A program made the translations under genes and the position numbers. From a plasmid: 64,000 bases of DNA. The stretch lies in the sequence record NZ_CP023526.1; one strand, 5' to 3'. Shown here piece after piece: positions 29,078-40,194 of this stretch. The notes beneath the pieces are model-generated. The model was not told where the DNA came from. It ran no database searches and was given only the letters and a program-made list of their open reading frames with translations. Each line of letters opens with the position of its first letter. The first letter of the stretch is position 1.

Positions 29078-29153
29078 TGGTGGCCCCTGCTGGGTTTGAA
29101 CCAGCGACCAAGCGATTATGAGTCGCTCGCTCTAACCACTGAGCTAAAGGGCC
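29078..29153 (-). tRNA. tRNA-Ile2 (anticodon CAU; ileX/ileY-like)
   Basis: Reverse complement GGCCCTTTAGCTCAGTGGTTAGAGCGAGCGACTCATAATCGCTTGGTCGCTGGTTCAAACCCAGCAGGGGCCACCA is near-identical to E. coli ileX and gives a perfect cloverleaf. Confidence 0.85.
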
Positions 29154-29783
29154 AGTCCGCGCATCTTACATGGTTGGCTTTCACTGCGTAAACGCTGCCC
29201 AGAAGAATAATTTTCACACTAAGACCAAATCCTTCCCGCAGTGATTTTGTGTCTTCCAGTCAATCCAGGCCCTACTATGCCTGTGTTTTCATACTCCAGG
29301 TGAGGGGCGGCGAGAGAGTATTCCCGGCAGTGAAGCGGCCCATCGCGTTTCGCCATTTTCTGCCCATTGGAGACACGCTCTTTAAATATCACTGCCGGGG
29401 CGGGGTGGAAAACTGAGCCCCCGTTGCTGCCACTGGACCTGCAGGCTTGCTGACATTTTGGGAGGGCATAATGAAGGGCACCGGGCCGCCTGTGAAGATG
29501 ACATCAATGTGATGACCTTAATCACGCACAATACCTGTTTACTGGGAGGTATCTTTCAGTCGTGTCAGCGCCCTGTCCCGCTTTTCTTTGCTCTCAAACC
29601 ACCAGACAAATTGCTTATTTTTAAGGAAAGAATCATTTTTAAGCCCATTGGTTGCCCTGAAACCCCGGAAATACATGCTCATTGGTCGTCACTACGGGAC
29701 GCTGGCCAACCACAGCTGGCGCCCGAGTGGCATGATAAAAAATACCACCTTATTTTCATAAGGTGATATTTTGACATCCTTCT

Positions 29784-30779
29784 TCAGTCATTTTGAAGCC
29801 CTGATATGCAGGCCTTTGTCTCTCCATACGCCATCAGGAAACAATGTGCCTTCGAGGCGGCACTGGCCGCTTTGAAAATGTAGCGCTTATCCCCGCGTAG
29901 GGCTTTCAACCAGGAAGCAATATAGCTTCCGTGTTGTACCTCTCCCCTGACGCCCAAATCGGCCATCAAAAAGGCGCTCCCCAGCTCAGCGATCAGTTCC
30001 TCAAACGCGTACCCTTCTGATCCAAATCTTCCCTCTTTCTCCCGATTTAAGCGGCTTCTGGCCCCGCTCCAGTGAACCAGCTCATGCAATCCCGTCGCGT
30101 AAAAATTTGCGGCATCATCGAATAAATGACGCTCCGGTAGCCAGATTTCATCTGTAATCGGTCGATAACATGCCTGCTGACCACGCTCGGTAATGTCCGC
30201 TCCGGTGCGCTGAAAAAGCGTTTCAACATACGGCAGAGGATCGAATGCCTCTCCGGCCTGCGGCACAGCGCCTTCCCCCAGACTCAGCCCGTCGATTTGC
30301 TCCACGTTAAACACGGTGAAAGATTTCACCATCGGGATCCTTTCGATCTGGCCGTCGTCGATTTCTTTTTCCAGCATCTTGTAAAAAATGCCGGTGGTGC
30401 CGATTTCACCCTTGCGAACATGAGCGCCCTGCTCCTGGGCTTGCTTGTAGGTCAGCCAGCGGGAATCGTTAAAGCCCGGCTTTGCAGCACTGCACCAAAA
30501 CAGCATGATGTTTATTCCGCTGTACGCCGTACCGGTGCTGAGATTTGACGGGATACCCGACACCATGCCGTTACGTTTCCACGGACACATCCACGGCTTA
30601 ACCCCCATTTCCAGCGCTTCAATAATGCTGTCGGTGACAGTCTGATAAACATCTTTTTTTTGTTTGGTTTTGCCCTTAGAAAATTTCGTTTTTGGGGAGC
30701 CTGACTGCTCCAGCGGGGATACGCTGGTCGCCTGTGCGGGATTAGGGTTGCTTGTCTGGGTATGCAGGTTCATCGTCAT
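29784..30779 (-). CDS. ardC: ArdC-family antirestriction protein (N-terminal DUF1738 ssDNA-binding domain + C-terminal HExxH zincin domain)
   Basis: Start MTMNLHTQ with a GGAG RBS. N-terminal ...KPWMCPWKRNG...SGINIMLFW... ArdC-N signature. C-terminal HELVHW metallopeptidase motif. Confidence 0.8.
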   Translation of the reverse strand: MTMNLHTQTSNPNPAQATSVSPLEQSGSPKTKFSKGKTKQKKDVYQTVTDSIIEALEMGVKPWMCPWKRNGMVSGIPSNLSTGTAYSGINIMLFWCSAAKPGFNDSRWLTYKQAQEQGAHVRKGEIGTTGIFYKMLEKEIDDGQIERIPMVKSFTVFNVEQIDGLSLGEGAVPQAGEAFDPLPYVETLFQRTGADITERGQQACYRPITDEIWLPERHLFDDAANFYATGLHELVHWSGARSRLNREKEGRFGSEGYAFEELIAELGSAFLMADLGVRGEVQHGSYIASWLKALRGDKRYIFKAASAASKAHCFLMAYGETKACISGLQND

Positions 30780-31738
30780 GGTTGTTTCTCCGTCAGTGTA
30801 AATTTCGTCTTCGTATCGCCTGACGGTTCGGCCTCCCGGCATCGTTCTGGCCAGCAAGGGCGCGTAGCGGCTTTGCATTACCTTGCGGGCCAGGTTGTGT
30901 TGGGGGACGATGACCGGAAGCTGATACGAAGAGGAAAGGCAACACAGGAGAAAATGACGATGTGCATAGCCGGACTTAGCGCCCTTTATGCTGCAAAAGT
31001 GAAATCGTATTTGCCGTGGCAGAAGATGGAATAACCCCCCTTTAGGGGCCGGCTAATAGGCGGGCATATTTAATCAAGCCCGGCGCAAGATGTAGCGGTG
31101 TGCTTTCATACCTCAGACACTGGCGAGTAGCCAGAAACATAGAACGGGCGTAGCTCGAGTTAACACCAGTGAAACCGCCAGCGTAATGTGGCTTGACGAC
31201 CACCCGAAACGGATGGAAGACAAAGGAGTCAAGCGCATTTTAACCCAGCCCTGTCTTGGTATGTCTTTGTCACTGACTTTACTGTGTTACATGGGTCTTC
31301 CCCGTCCATGGTGGGAGACTCAGATTTCCATGTTTAACCTGCCATAATGGAACACCACTGCGATTTAGAAGCGTTCTTTGTTCCGGTATTCTCTGGACTT
31401 GATCCCTGCAGCCACATTTTAGTGTTTAGTGATTCTGCGTTGCTGTTTGAGATCTGATGTTTCATGGCATTCATAACCATAAAGCCTTTTAGGTTACGTT
31501 CTGTCTGCACTGCTCAGCAGTGTAATTCCCACGTTTTTTGCCATGCTCATCCATTCCTGACACAACCGCCTACTGTGTTACGTGAATGCCAGGCGGCATT
31601 TTTCGGCAGCATAATGGCGTGGTCACACTTATGATTAATTCACTGTTAAACCAGATACGCCGGTTGATAGTTCACTGGCTGGCCAGCGGCGTGGCTACCG
31701 CCGATACAGGTAGTAGCCAAGGCCTGGCATTTACTTCG

Positions 31739-32854
31739 TCAGGAAGATCTTTTTTTCACGGCGATGGCATGACAAAGAAGTACGCTGGCGCACCCAGCGA
31801 TTCCCCCTATCAGCGCACTCAATATTAAAAAAACCACTATACCGGGGCCATCTTTCTTAATGGGGTACGTAGGTGACTGCTGAAAGTTAATCACTGGAAT
31901 GTTGGTATTTTTAATACTAACCTCTTCAAGCCGGGCTAGCCGATATTCTCGATTTTTAATATCCGGATTAAGTTCAGTAAAATCGCTGATTGTTTTCTCT
32001 ATTTCAAGTTTACTCGAGATACCTTTGGTCCCGAGGGTTACAGAGAAATCAGGGTCGTCGCTGACTATCTGACCCTTGCCATAGACAGGCTCTGTTATGT
32101 TAGCTGCCTGTGCTATTTTTCGTGCATAACCCAGCCTCAGGATGCTGGAATTGTGGCTATTTTGTAGTTGAACACGATCCAACGTCAATTTTTCCCTCTC
32201 AGTATTAAGTTTCAATGCCAGGGCATTACGAATACCACGCACTATTTGACTGGCTGTTTTATCCGAGATAAAAGCAATATAGCCACTAAGCACATCTTGT
32301 GCATCACTGGCATGGGCTCCGGTAAAACTTAATGTCCAGGAACGGAAAGGCTGATCAGACTCATTTTTTCCCGTATAATTATTCGATGCTTTCATCTGTT
32401 CAGCAATCTCGCTGATAGTATGACGAAAAGCGTCCGCATTTTTTCCCGCCGCCACAAGCTTCCCGACCAAAGCAGGTGCTGACCTAATATATTCATTCAC
32501 CAATCGCTGTGACTCAAACTTTTTAATAAATAAATTAAACATATCATCCCGATCGACAGAATAATCAACACCAAGGATCTGTATATCTGCCAGGGTTTCT
32601 TGTAATTCATCCAGTTGTGTCGACTCTACAGGCGTAATTATGGCTTTACTGGTCCAGGCTTGGGGTTGAAATAAATACACCATACATCCCGTCAGCATGC
32701 AAACAAAGATAATGATAATAACTCTTTTCTTTGCAAGCCAAAGTGAAGTAAGTAAATCTATAAGATCAATTTCGTTGATGTCGTGTAATGGTGATTTAAC
32801 ATGTTCAAGAAACGCCACATGATCTACCGACGGAATATCTTTATAAGGGGACAT
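31739..32854 (-). CDS. Wzz/FepE-family polysaccharide co-polymerase (O-antigen chain-length determinant)
   Basis: N-terminal IDLIDLLTSLWLAKKRVIIIIFV (the Wzz signature IDLIDLL...W), TM1, a long periplasmic coiled-coil region, and a C-terminal TM GPGIVVFLILSALIGG. Confidence 0.65.
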   Translation of the reverse strand: MSPYKDIPSVDHVAFLEHVKSPLHDINEIDLIDLLTSLWLAKKRVIIIIFVCMLTGCMVYLFQPQAWTSKAIITPVESTQLDELQETLADIQILGVDYSVDRDDMFNLFIKKFESQRLVNEYIRSAPALVGKLVAAGKNADAFRHTISEIAEQMKASNNYTGKNESDQPFRSWTLSFTGAHASDAQDVLSGYIAFISDKTASQIVRGIRNALALKLNTEREKLTLDRVQLQNSHNSSILRLGYARKIAQAANITEPVYGKGQIVSDDPDFSVTLGTKGISSKLEIEKTISDFTELNPDIKNREYRLARLEEVSIKNTNIPVINFQQSPTYPIKKDGPGIVVFLILSALIGGIAGCASVLLCHAIAVKKRSS

Positions 32855-33545
32855 GATTAAACATCTCGCACGTTACGCAATTCTTTTAAGAATCTCAATG
32901 ACTGAAAACCAGGAAATAAATAGCCATTCAGGATAACGCAGACGATCGCTGGATCGCATGACTATTCGGGTACAATTCGGATTTTTCAGTGAAGGGCCTG
33001 ACTCAGTCAGGATCGAAGCGCGTGGTCCCGTGCAAAAAATTGAGCAGCAACTCAAACACAATCAGGCACAGTTAGATCGTGGGCTTCACCCGTAGAACTG
33101 GCAAGATATCGCGCCCAAATTGCATCCTGGGTCTGAATCAGTATGGCGAAAAAGTCTGGTATCTATCCCATAAACGGTAATCCAGCAGGCCTTCCTGGGG
33201 TGCCACGGCACATCGGATACGGCTGATTTATTCACCGGAAAAACGCGTATTAATGGGGATGGGTCACACCAGTACACGACAGGAAGCTAATCCATGAATA
33301 AAATGACCTGGAAAGTGAAATTATTTCTCTTCGCATAAAAACCATTATCTGACTAACTAAAGCCGACTGTGAATAATTATCTAATTCTCTCCATGACCGC
33401 CTAACTGCCTGCAACAATTAATTAATAAAAATGGCTAAATTTAACCTTACGATAACTCTTCATGGATTATGTTCTTTATTTCTTCAGGCGTTGATAATTG
33501 GTTTGGATTTCACTTGTTCTAATAATCCATTAATTAAAACAGGAG

Positions 33546-33950
33546 ATGACGTTTTTGATGAAACAGATAATGAAATGGTTTTCCTCCGCGATTGTCGTCG
33601 GCTTACTGGCAGGCTGCGTCTCACGCACCGCGCCAATTGAAACCGTACAAAACAATGTCAGCACCGGGCATACCGAAACGCAGGTTCGCGCCGCTATTCT
33701 GAAGGCGGGTCTGAATCGCCAGTGGATCATGAACGATGCTGGTCCTGGCGTGATTAACGGTCGCCAACAGGCACGCGACCATCGTGCCAATATTATTGTG
33801 CAGTATTCTGCCAACAGCTACATCATTAAATATGACAGCAGCGTCAATCTGATGGCTGCCGAAGGAAAAATTCATAAGAATTACAACCGCTGGGTGCATA
33901 ACCTCGATAAAGATATTCAGATGAATCTTTCCACCGGGGCACAACTGTAA
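33546..33950 (+). CDS. Lipoprotein (lipobox LAGC), possibly the first gene of the APE locus
   Basis: Signal peptide plus LLAGC lipobox. It is co-oriented with the downstream cluster. Confidence 0.45.
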   Translation: MTFLMKQIMKWFSSAIVVGLLAGCVSRTAPIETVQNNVSTGHTETQVRAAILKAGLNRQWIMNDAGPGVINGRQQARDHRANIIVQYSANSYIIKYDSSVNLMAAEGKIHKNYNRWVHNLDKDIQMNLSTGAQL

Positions 33951-34203
33951 TCCACCGTCGCACGCACGGGTCACCAGACACCGTGCGTAATAGCCTGCGA
34001 GAAAAGACCGAATTTCTATCGATTTCGCCCCGCAACAGTTCCCCCTGGGGCCTTCAACATTGCATGATGTGATGCACCAGGCCGCACTTTGCAGGTGACA
34101 CCGGCTGGATAAACCGTGACAACGAAATACTGCCACATGAATAACACAAAAATAACTGGCTTAACATTACTGCTCTGAGTAGGGAAAGACCTGGCTTACA
34201 CCA

Positions 34204-34926
34204 ATGAACTTTGCATTAAACCTAACCGACTGGCAGGCCCGGGCGCCTGGATTAAGCGATAACGCCGAGTGGCTCGACTGGGCCCAAAGCGCGAACACTA
34301 TCGACCCGGACGCCCCGCAAGCTAAGCTGACGACACTTCCGATGATGACCGCACGCCGCCTGAGTTCAGGTAGCAAGCTGGCGGTGGAATGCGGTCTGTC
34401 GATGCTGCGCAAGCATGCTGTAGATGCGGTGCTCTATACCAGCCGCCACGGCGAACTGGAGCGAAACTACCGCATTCTGGAGGCGCTTGCTACGCGTCAG
34501 CCTGTGTCGCCGACTGATTTCGCACTCTCCGTACACAACTCGGCGGTGGGAAATCTGACTGTTGTGGCCGAACATCCCGTCGTCTCGTCGTCGCTCTCGG
34601 CAGGGAAAGACACTTTCCTGCAGGGGCTGTGCGAAGTCATCAGCCTGTTGCAGGCAGGTTACCAGTGCGTGCTGATGGTCGATTTTGACGGTAATGTGCC
34701 GGCGTTTTATCACCCGGACCTGCCCCCCGACATGCCTGACTGGGCCTACGCGGTAGCGCTGGTGTTTGAGGCCGACAATAGCCTGAAATGTACCACGGCA
34801 CCGGGCGGCAACGCAGGGGAAAGCGGCTTACCGCAAAGCCTGACATTTCTGCGCCACCATTTGCGCGACGACCGGGAATTCACCATCGAAGGTGAGGTCT
34901 CCCGTTGGAACTGGTCCCGCGTATGA
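34204..34926 (+). CDS. APE cluster: ketosynthase-like chain-length-factor (KS-beta/CLF-type, lacks active-site Cys context)
   Basis: 240-aa thiolase-fold-like ORF at the head of a FAS-like operon, with ATGA overlap onto the next gene. Confidence 0.55.
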   Translation: MNFALNLTDWQARAPGLSDNAEWLDWAQSANTIDPDAPQAKLTTLPMMTARRLSSGSKLAVECGLSMLRKHAVDAVLYTSRHGELERNYRILEALATRQPVSPTDFALSVHNSAVGNLTVVAEHPVVSSSLSAGKDTFLQGLCEVISLLQAGYQCVLMVDFDGNVPAFYHPDLPPDMPDWAYAVALVFEADNSLKCTTAPGGNAGESGLPQSLTFLRHHLRDDREFTIEGEVSRWNWSRV

Positions 34927-35696
34927 AATTGCTCAACCGCCTGTGGCGTATTTTCGCCACCGGATTTTGCTTCTCGCTGTTTGGGCTTGGCGGCCTGCTG
35001 CTGTCGCTTATCGGATTCAACATACTGTCAGGTGTGGTACGTGATGCCGCGAAACGGCGTCGCATCGCCCGTCGCAGCATTTCGCTGAGCTTCCGATTTT
35101 TTCTGTGGGTCACTAAAGCGATGGGCGTGCTGGATTACCGCTTTCACGGCAGAGCCATTTTGCAGCAGGAACAAGGCTGTCTGATTGTCGCCAATCATCC
35201 GTCGCTGCTGGACTACGTGCTCCTGGCCTCGATGATGCCGGAAACTGACTGCCTGGTGAAAAGCGGGCTGCTGAAAAACCCGTTTGTCAGCGGCGTGATC
35301 CACAGTGCCGACTACCTGATCAACAGTCAGGCCACCAGTCTGCTGCCCGAGAGTCAGCGGCGGCTGGCGCAGGGCGACACCATTGTGATATTCCCGGAAG
35401 GCACTCGAACCCGCTACGGTGAACCGATGACCCTGCAGCGCGGTGCGGCGAATATTGCGGTGCGGTGCGCAAGCGATGTCCGCCTGGTAACCATTCATTG
35501 CAGTGAACGGATGCTCGATAAACAGAGTCGGTGGTACGACGTACCACCGGTAAAACCGGTCTTTGAAGTGAAGGTTGGCGATCGCATCGCCATGACCGAT
35601 TTTTATGATGCAAACACACAGGAACCCGCCATGGCAGCCCGCCAGCTCAACCGGTTGTTTCTGTCTGAATTACAAAACACAAACCCGGAAAGATGA
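34923..35696 (+). CDS. APE cluster: lysophospholipid/1-acyl-glycerol-3-phosphate acyltransferase (PlsC family)
   Basis: HxxxxD-type motif (NHPSLLD) and the FPEGTR motif of PlsC-family acyltransferases. Confidence 0.7.
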   Translation: MKLLNRLWRIFATGFCFSLFGLGGLLLSLIGFNILSGVVRDAAKRRRIARRSISLSFRFFLWVTKAMGVLDYRFHGRAILQQEQGCLIVANHPSLLDYVLLASMMPETDCLVKSGLLKNPFVSGVIHSADYLINSQATSLLPESQRRLAQGDTIVIFPEGTRTRYGEPMTLQRGAANIAVRCASDVRLVTIHCSERMLDKQSRWYDVPPVKPVFEVKVGDRIAMTDFYDANTQEPAMAARQLNRLFLSELQNTNPER

Positions 35697-35986
35697 CCGG
35701 GAACGCCCTTTTATGGCAGGAATTAATGATGCAAACGCTTTATTTTGAACTCAAAAATCTCATCATTCAGACCCTGAATTTTGAGGAGTTATCCGCGAAT
35801 GAAATTGACACCCATGCCCCTCTCTTTGGCGACGGTTTAGGCCTGGATTCCATTGATGCGCTGGAGCTGGGGCTGGCGGTGAAAGATCGGTATGGCGTGG
35901 TGCTTTCCGCGGAAAGCGAAGAGATGCGTCAGCATTTCTATTCCGTTGCCACACTGGCGTCCTTTATCAGCACGCAGCGTGCCTGA
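35693..35986 (+). CDS. APE cluster: acyl carrier protein 1
   Basis: Phosphopantetheine attachment motif LGLDSIDALEL. Confidence 0.8.
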   Translation: MTGNALLWQELMMQTLYFELKNLIIQTLNFEELSANEIDTHAPLFGDGLGLDSIDALELGLAVKDRYGVVLSAESEEMRQHFYSVATLASFISTQRA

Positions 35987-35998
35987 GGACGAATTCGT

Positions 35999-36250
35999 AT
36001 GACCACACAAGAAACCCTTTATGAGGAAGTGACCGAACTTCTGCACAAGCTGTTTGAAATCGATCCTCTGAATGTCAAACCTGAATCCCGCCTGTACGAA
36101 GACCTGGAGCTGGACAGCATCGACGCCGTCGATATGGTCGTTCACCTGCAGAAAAAAACCGGCAAAAAAATTAAGCCAGACGAATTCAGGTCAGTCCGCA
36201 CCGTTCAGGATGTGGTTAATACGGTAAATCGTCTGCTGCACGGCGAGTGA
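35999..36250 (+). CDS. APE cluster: acyl carrier protein 2
   Basis: Attachment motif LELDSIDAVDMV. Confidence 0.8.
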   Translation: MTTQETLYEEVTELLHKLFEIDPLNVKPESRLYEDLELDSIDAVDMVVHLQKKTGKKIKPDEFRSVRTVQDVVNTVNRLLHGE

Positions 36251-36834
36251 CCGTGCACAGTTCACGCTCGCTGCAGTGGATACGGCAGGTGGCGGGGGCG
36301 GCGGTACTCGCCTGGCCGCTACTGTTTGGGTTTGATCTGGCCTACAAAGGTCTGCACTGGTTGCTTCCCGTCATGGCTTTGCTGCTACTGGCACGTTTGT
36401 GCCTGATGCGTCACCAGCCAGGACCGCTGCAGGGTGTGTTGCAGACGGTGACGCTGGCAGGCCTCGCGCTTTGCGTCACCAGTAGCTTACTGAAAACACA
36501 CCAGTTGCTGCTGTTCTATCCGGTGGTGGTCAATCTGGTGATGCTTGCCGTGTTTGGCAGTTCACTGTGGAGCGCCATGCCACTGGTCGAGCGTATCGCC
36601 CGCCTGCGTGAGGCCGAACTGCCCCCGGCAGGCGTGCGTTATACCCGGCAGGTCACCCGTGTCTGGTGCCTGTTTTTTATCGTGAACGGAGCAATTGCCC
36701 TCTTCACTGCCGTTTGCGGCGATATGAAGCTGTGGACCGCGTGGAACGGCGTCATAGCCTATCTGCTGATGGGTACACTGATGGCCGCAGAATGGCGGGT
36801 TCGCAGACATTTGATGAAAAGAGAACAACCATGA
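36247..36834 (+). CDS. APE cluster: integral membrane protein
   Basis: Multiple hydrophobic helices, with overlapping stop/start to its neighbours. Confidence 0.6.
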   Translation: MTVHSSRSLQWIRQVAGAAVLAWPLLFGFDLAYKGLHWLLPVMALLLLARLCLMRHQPGPLQGVLQTVTLAGLALCVTSSLLKTHQLLLFYPVVVNLVMLAVFGSSLWSAMPLVERIARLREAELPPAGVRYTRQVTRVWCLFFIVNGAIALFTAVCGDMKLWTAWNGVIAYLLMGTLMAAEWRVRRHLMKREQP

Positions 36835-38174
36835 CACACCCCCTGCCGCTGGCTCAGTGGCTGAGCCTGTCGCGGCCTGACGACACCTGCATTGCCTGGC
36901 TTGGCGAACGCCAGTGGTCACTTGGCGAACTGCGCCACGACGTCGCGGCCCATGTAAAGGCTTTACAGGCACAGCCCGGTCAACGCTGGGCGATCTGTTT
37001 CGAGGACAGCTATCTGTTTATTGTCGCACTGCTCGCCGCCTTGCACGCAGGAAAAGTGCCGGTGATCCCCGGGCATTGCCGCGCCTCCGTGCTGAACGAA
37101 CAACGGGAAATATTCGATGGCGTCCTGAGCGACACGGAGCTTAAGTACAACGGGTTACAAATCGTGGTTCGCACGGGTGCTCATCAGGGCGAGGTCGCGC
37201 TACCACCTGTCGCTGAAGACTGCTACGTCGAAGTGTTAACCTCGGGCTCAACGGGCCGACCGAAGCAAATTATCAAACCCGTGGCTCTGCTTGATAAAGA
37301 AGCCAGCATGCTGCACACCCACTTCAGCCCGCGTTTTGACGGTTGCCGGGTGGTGGCCTCCGTCATACCGCTGCACCTTTATGGCCTGACGTTCCGCATC
37401 TTTTTGCCAATGGCCTGCGGCATGCCGCTGCACGCGGCGATGACCAGTTACATCGAACAGCTCTGTGCGCTGGACAACCGGCACCGCTACGTATTTATCA
37501 GTAGCCCGGCGTTCCTGAAGCGGCTTGACCAGAACCTGACGCCGCCGCCGGTGGGCATGATCCTCTCTGCAGGCGATACGCTACCGTGGAAAAGCGTGCA
37601 GGACACTCAGCGATGGTTCAACGTCTGGCCGGATGAAATCTACGGCAGTACAGAAACCGGGATTATGGCCTGGCAACATCGTATGAATAACGAGACCTCA
37701 TGGCGGCTTTTTCCGGGCGTGACCCTGCATGCCGAAGGCGAAGAATGGCGTTTGCGGTCACCGCTGCTGGCGCAAGCCAAAGGGCTGCTACTTGACGATG
37801 ACATAGAGCAGATGAATGACAGTTTTCGCCTTACGGGCCGTCGGGGCCGCATTGTCAAAATGGAAGAAAAACGCATTTCGCTGAGCGAAGTGGAACACCG
37901 CCTGATGGCGTTGCCGGGCGTGAGGGATGCCGTCGCAGTGCCCGTTTTACGCGGGGGTCGTCAGCGCCTTGGCGTGGTACTGGTGCTGAGCGAGAACGCA
38001 CGCCAGCAGTGGCTGCAAACCGATGGAAAAGCGCAGGAGCAAGCGTGGTATCAGGCGTTGTTGCCGCTGCTGGATCCGATCGCCGTGCCCCGTTACTGGC
38101 GGGTGGTTGATGAAATACCTGTTAACAGCATGAATAAACGCGTGTGCGCGCAATTGCAGGAGTTATTTGCATGA
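36831..38174 (+). CDS. APE cluster: AMP-dependent adenylating enzyme (acyl/aryl-ACP ligase)
   Basis: AMP-binding motif LTSGSTGRPKQI and the YGSTETG motif. Start MTHPLPL, with ATGA overlap. Confidence 0.8.
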   Translation: MTHPLPLAQWLSLSRPDDTCIAWLGERQWSLGELRHDVAAHVKALQAQPGQRWAICFEDSYLFIVALLAALHAGKVPVIPGHCRASVLNEQREIFDGVLSDTELKYNGLQIVVRTGAHQGEVALPPVAEDCYVEVLTSGSTGRPKQIIKPVALLDKEASMLHTHFSPRFDGCRVVASVIPLHLYGLTFRIFLPMACGMPLHAAMTSYIEQLCALDNRHRYVFISSPAFLKRLDQNLTPPPVGMILSAGDTLPWKSVQDTQRWFNVWPDEIYGSTETGIMAWQHRMNNETSWRLFPGVTLHAEGEEWRLRSPLLAQAKGLLLDDDIEQMNDSFRLTGRRGRIVKMEEKRISLSEVEHRLMALPGVRDAVAVPVLRGGRQRLGVVLVLSENARQQWLQTDGKAQEQAWYQALLPLLDPIAVPRYWRVVDEIPVNSMNKRVCAQLQELFA

Positions 38175-38524
38175 AACCGCGTGAAATTGAACGCCATCTG
38201 ATCGGGCCAGGGACGTTATCCATTGTGCTGTATCTGGATCCGGACCTGTTTTGGTTCCAGGGTCACTTTGACGTCCAGTCCCTGCTGCCGGGCGTGGCAC
38301 AACTCGACTGGGTCATGCACTATGCCCTCCCCCTGCTGGCCCCTGGCTACCATTTTCACCGTATCCAGAACCTCAAGTTTCAGGCGCCTCTGCTGCCAGA
38401 CACCATCGTCACGCTGACGCTTAACTGGCAGGCGGAAAAACAGCTACTGACCTTTAGCTATCTGCGCCATGACGGCGACATCCGCCTCACCGCCAGCAGC
38501 GGAAAAATTTGCTTATGTCAGTAA
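38171..38524 (+). CDS. APE cluster: hotdog-fold dehydratase (FabA/FabZ-like)
   Basis: Small hotdog-fold ORF, translationally coupled to its neighbours. Confidence 0.6.
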   Translation: MKPREIERHLIGPGTLSIVLYLDPDLFWFQGHFDVQSLLPGVAQLDWVMHYALPLLAPGYHFHRIQNLKFQAPLLPDTIVTLTLNWQAEKQLLTFSYLRHDGDIRLTASSGKICLCQ

Positions 38525-40194
38525 TGTTTTCACCCTGCATTCTGATCCCCTGCTACAACCACGGTGCGATGATGGCGAGCGTGCTGGCGCGTCTTTCTGC
38601 ATTCGCTCTACCGTGCATTATCGTTGACGATGGCAGCGAGGAAGTCACACGGGTAGCGCTGGAAAAACTTGCCGCCAAACACGATAACGTCACGCTTGTC
38701 CGTCTGCCGGAGAATACTGGCAAAGGCGCGGCAGTGATCCGCGGTATTGAGGAAGCGCAGCGCGGAGGTTTCAGTCATGCAGTCCAGGTGGATGCCGACG
38801 GACAGCATGCGATTGAGGATGTTCCTCGCCTGCTGGCTGTGGCGCAGAAACATCCGGACGCGCTGATCTCCGGCAAACCCGTCTACGACGACTCCGTGCC
38901 GCGCTCGCGTCTCTATGGACGTTACGTTACCCACGTCTGGGTGTGGATTGAAACACTCTCTTTACAACTTCAGGACAGCATGTGCGGCTTTCGCGTTTAC
39001 CCCGTGGCTCCCACACTGAAGCTGACAGCGCGTGTGACGCCTGGCAAACGGATGGATTTCGATACCGACGTGATGGTGCGCCTCTACTGGCAGGGCAACA
39101 CCAGCTATTTCGTGCCCACGCAAGTGACCTACCCGCCAGACGGCCTGTCACACTTCGACGCCCTGGGGGACAACGTGCGAATAGCGTGGATGCATACCCG
39201 CCTGTTCTTTGGCATGCTGCCGCGCATCCCCTCACTGTTGAGGCGTAAACGCACGCAGCACTGGGCATGTCAGCCAGAGGCCAAAGGCTTATGGGGCATG
39301 CGCCTTATGATTTGGATATGGAAGACCTTTGGTCGGGGCACGTTTTCGCTGCTGTTATGGCCGGTGACAGCCGTGTTCTGGCTTACCGCCAGCGCACCGC
39401 GCCGCGCGTCGCAACAGTGGATTGCGGCAACCAGGAAAGTACTCGAAGCCCGCAATATGCCCCAGCCTGCGCGCCTTACCAGTTTTTATCATTTCATGCG
39501 CTTCGGACACGCCATTCTCGATAAAATCGCCAGCTGGGGCGGAGCCCTGCAACCCGGGCGCGATATCGCGTTTGCACCTGGTGCGGAGGAAACGCTGGAT
39601 ATGTCTGCCCCAAGAGGCAAGCTGCTGCTGGCATCACATCTTGGCGATGTGGAAGCCTGCCGGGCACTGTCGACCCGCACCATTAACGCCCTGGTGTTTA
39701 ACGATAACGCCCGGCGGTTTAAGCAGGTAATGGCAGAGAACGCCCCGCAGTCAGGCCTCCATCTGATCCCGGTGACGAACATTGGTCCGGATACCGCGAT
39801 GCTGCTGAAAGAGAAACTCGATCAGGGCGAATGGGTGGCAATTGTCGGTGACCGGATTGCGGTCAATCCGCCGCGCGGCGGCGGCTGGCGTGTTATCTGG
39901 AGCGAGTTTATGGGCAAACCTGCACCATTCCCGCAGGGGCCGTTTATTCTGGCCTCGGTGCTTAAATGTCCGGTGCTGATAATTTTCGCCCTCAAAAAGC
40001 AGGGCAAACTGCACATCCACTGCGAACCCTTCGCTGACCCGCTGCTGCTACCGCGCAGTGAGCGTCAGCAGGCCTTACAGGCCGCCGTCGACCACTACGC
40101 ACAACGCCTTGAACACTACGCCCTGCAGTCGCCTCTCGACTGGTTTAATTTTTTGGACTTCTGGCAGTTGCCGGACGCAACGGATAAGGAGTAA
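38514..40194 (+). CDS. APE cluster: bifunctional glycosyltransferase family 2 / lipid-A-type acyltransferase fusion
   Basis: N-terminal GT2 motifs (CYNHG, IVDDGSEE, DADGQH). The C-terminal half resembles LpxL/HtrB-type lauroyl acyltransferases. Confidence 0.65.
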
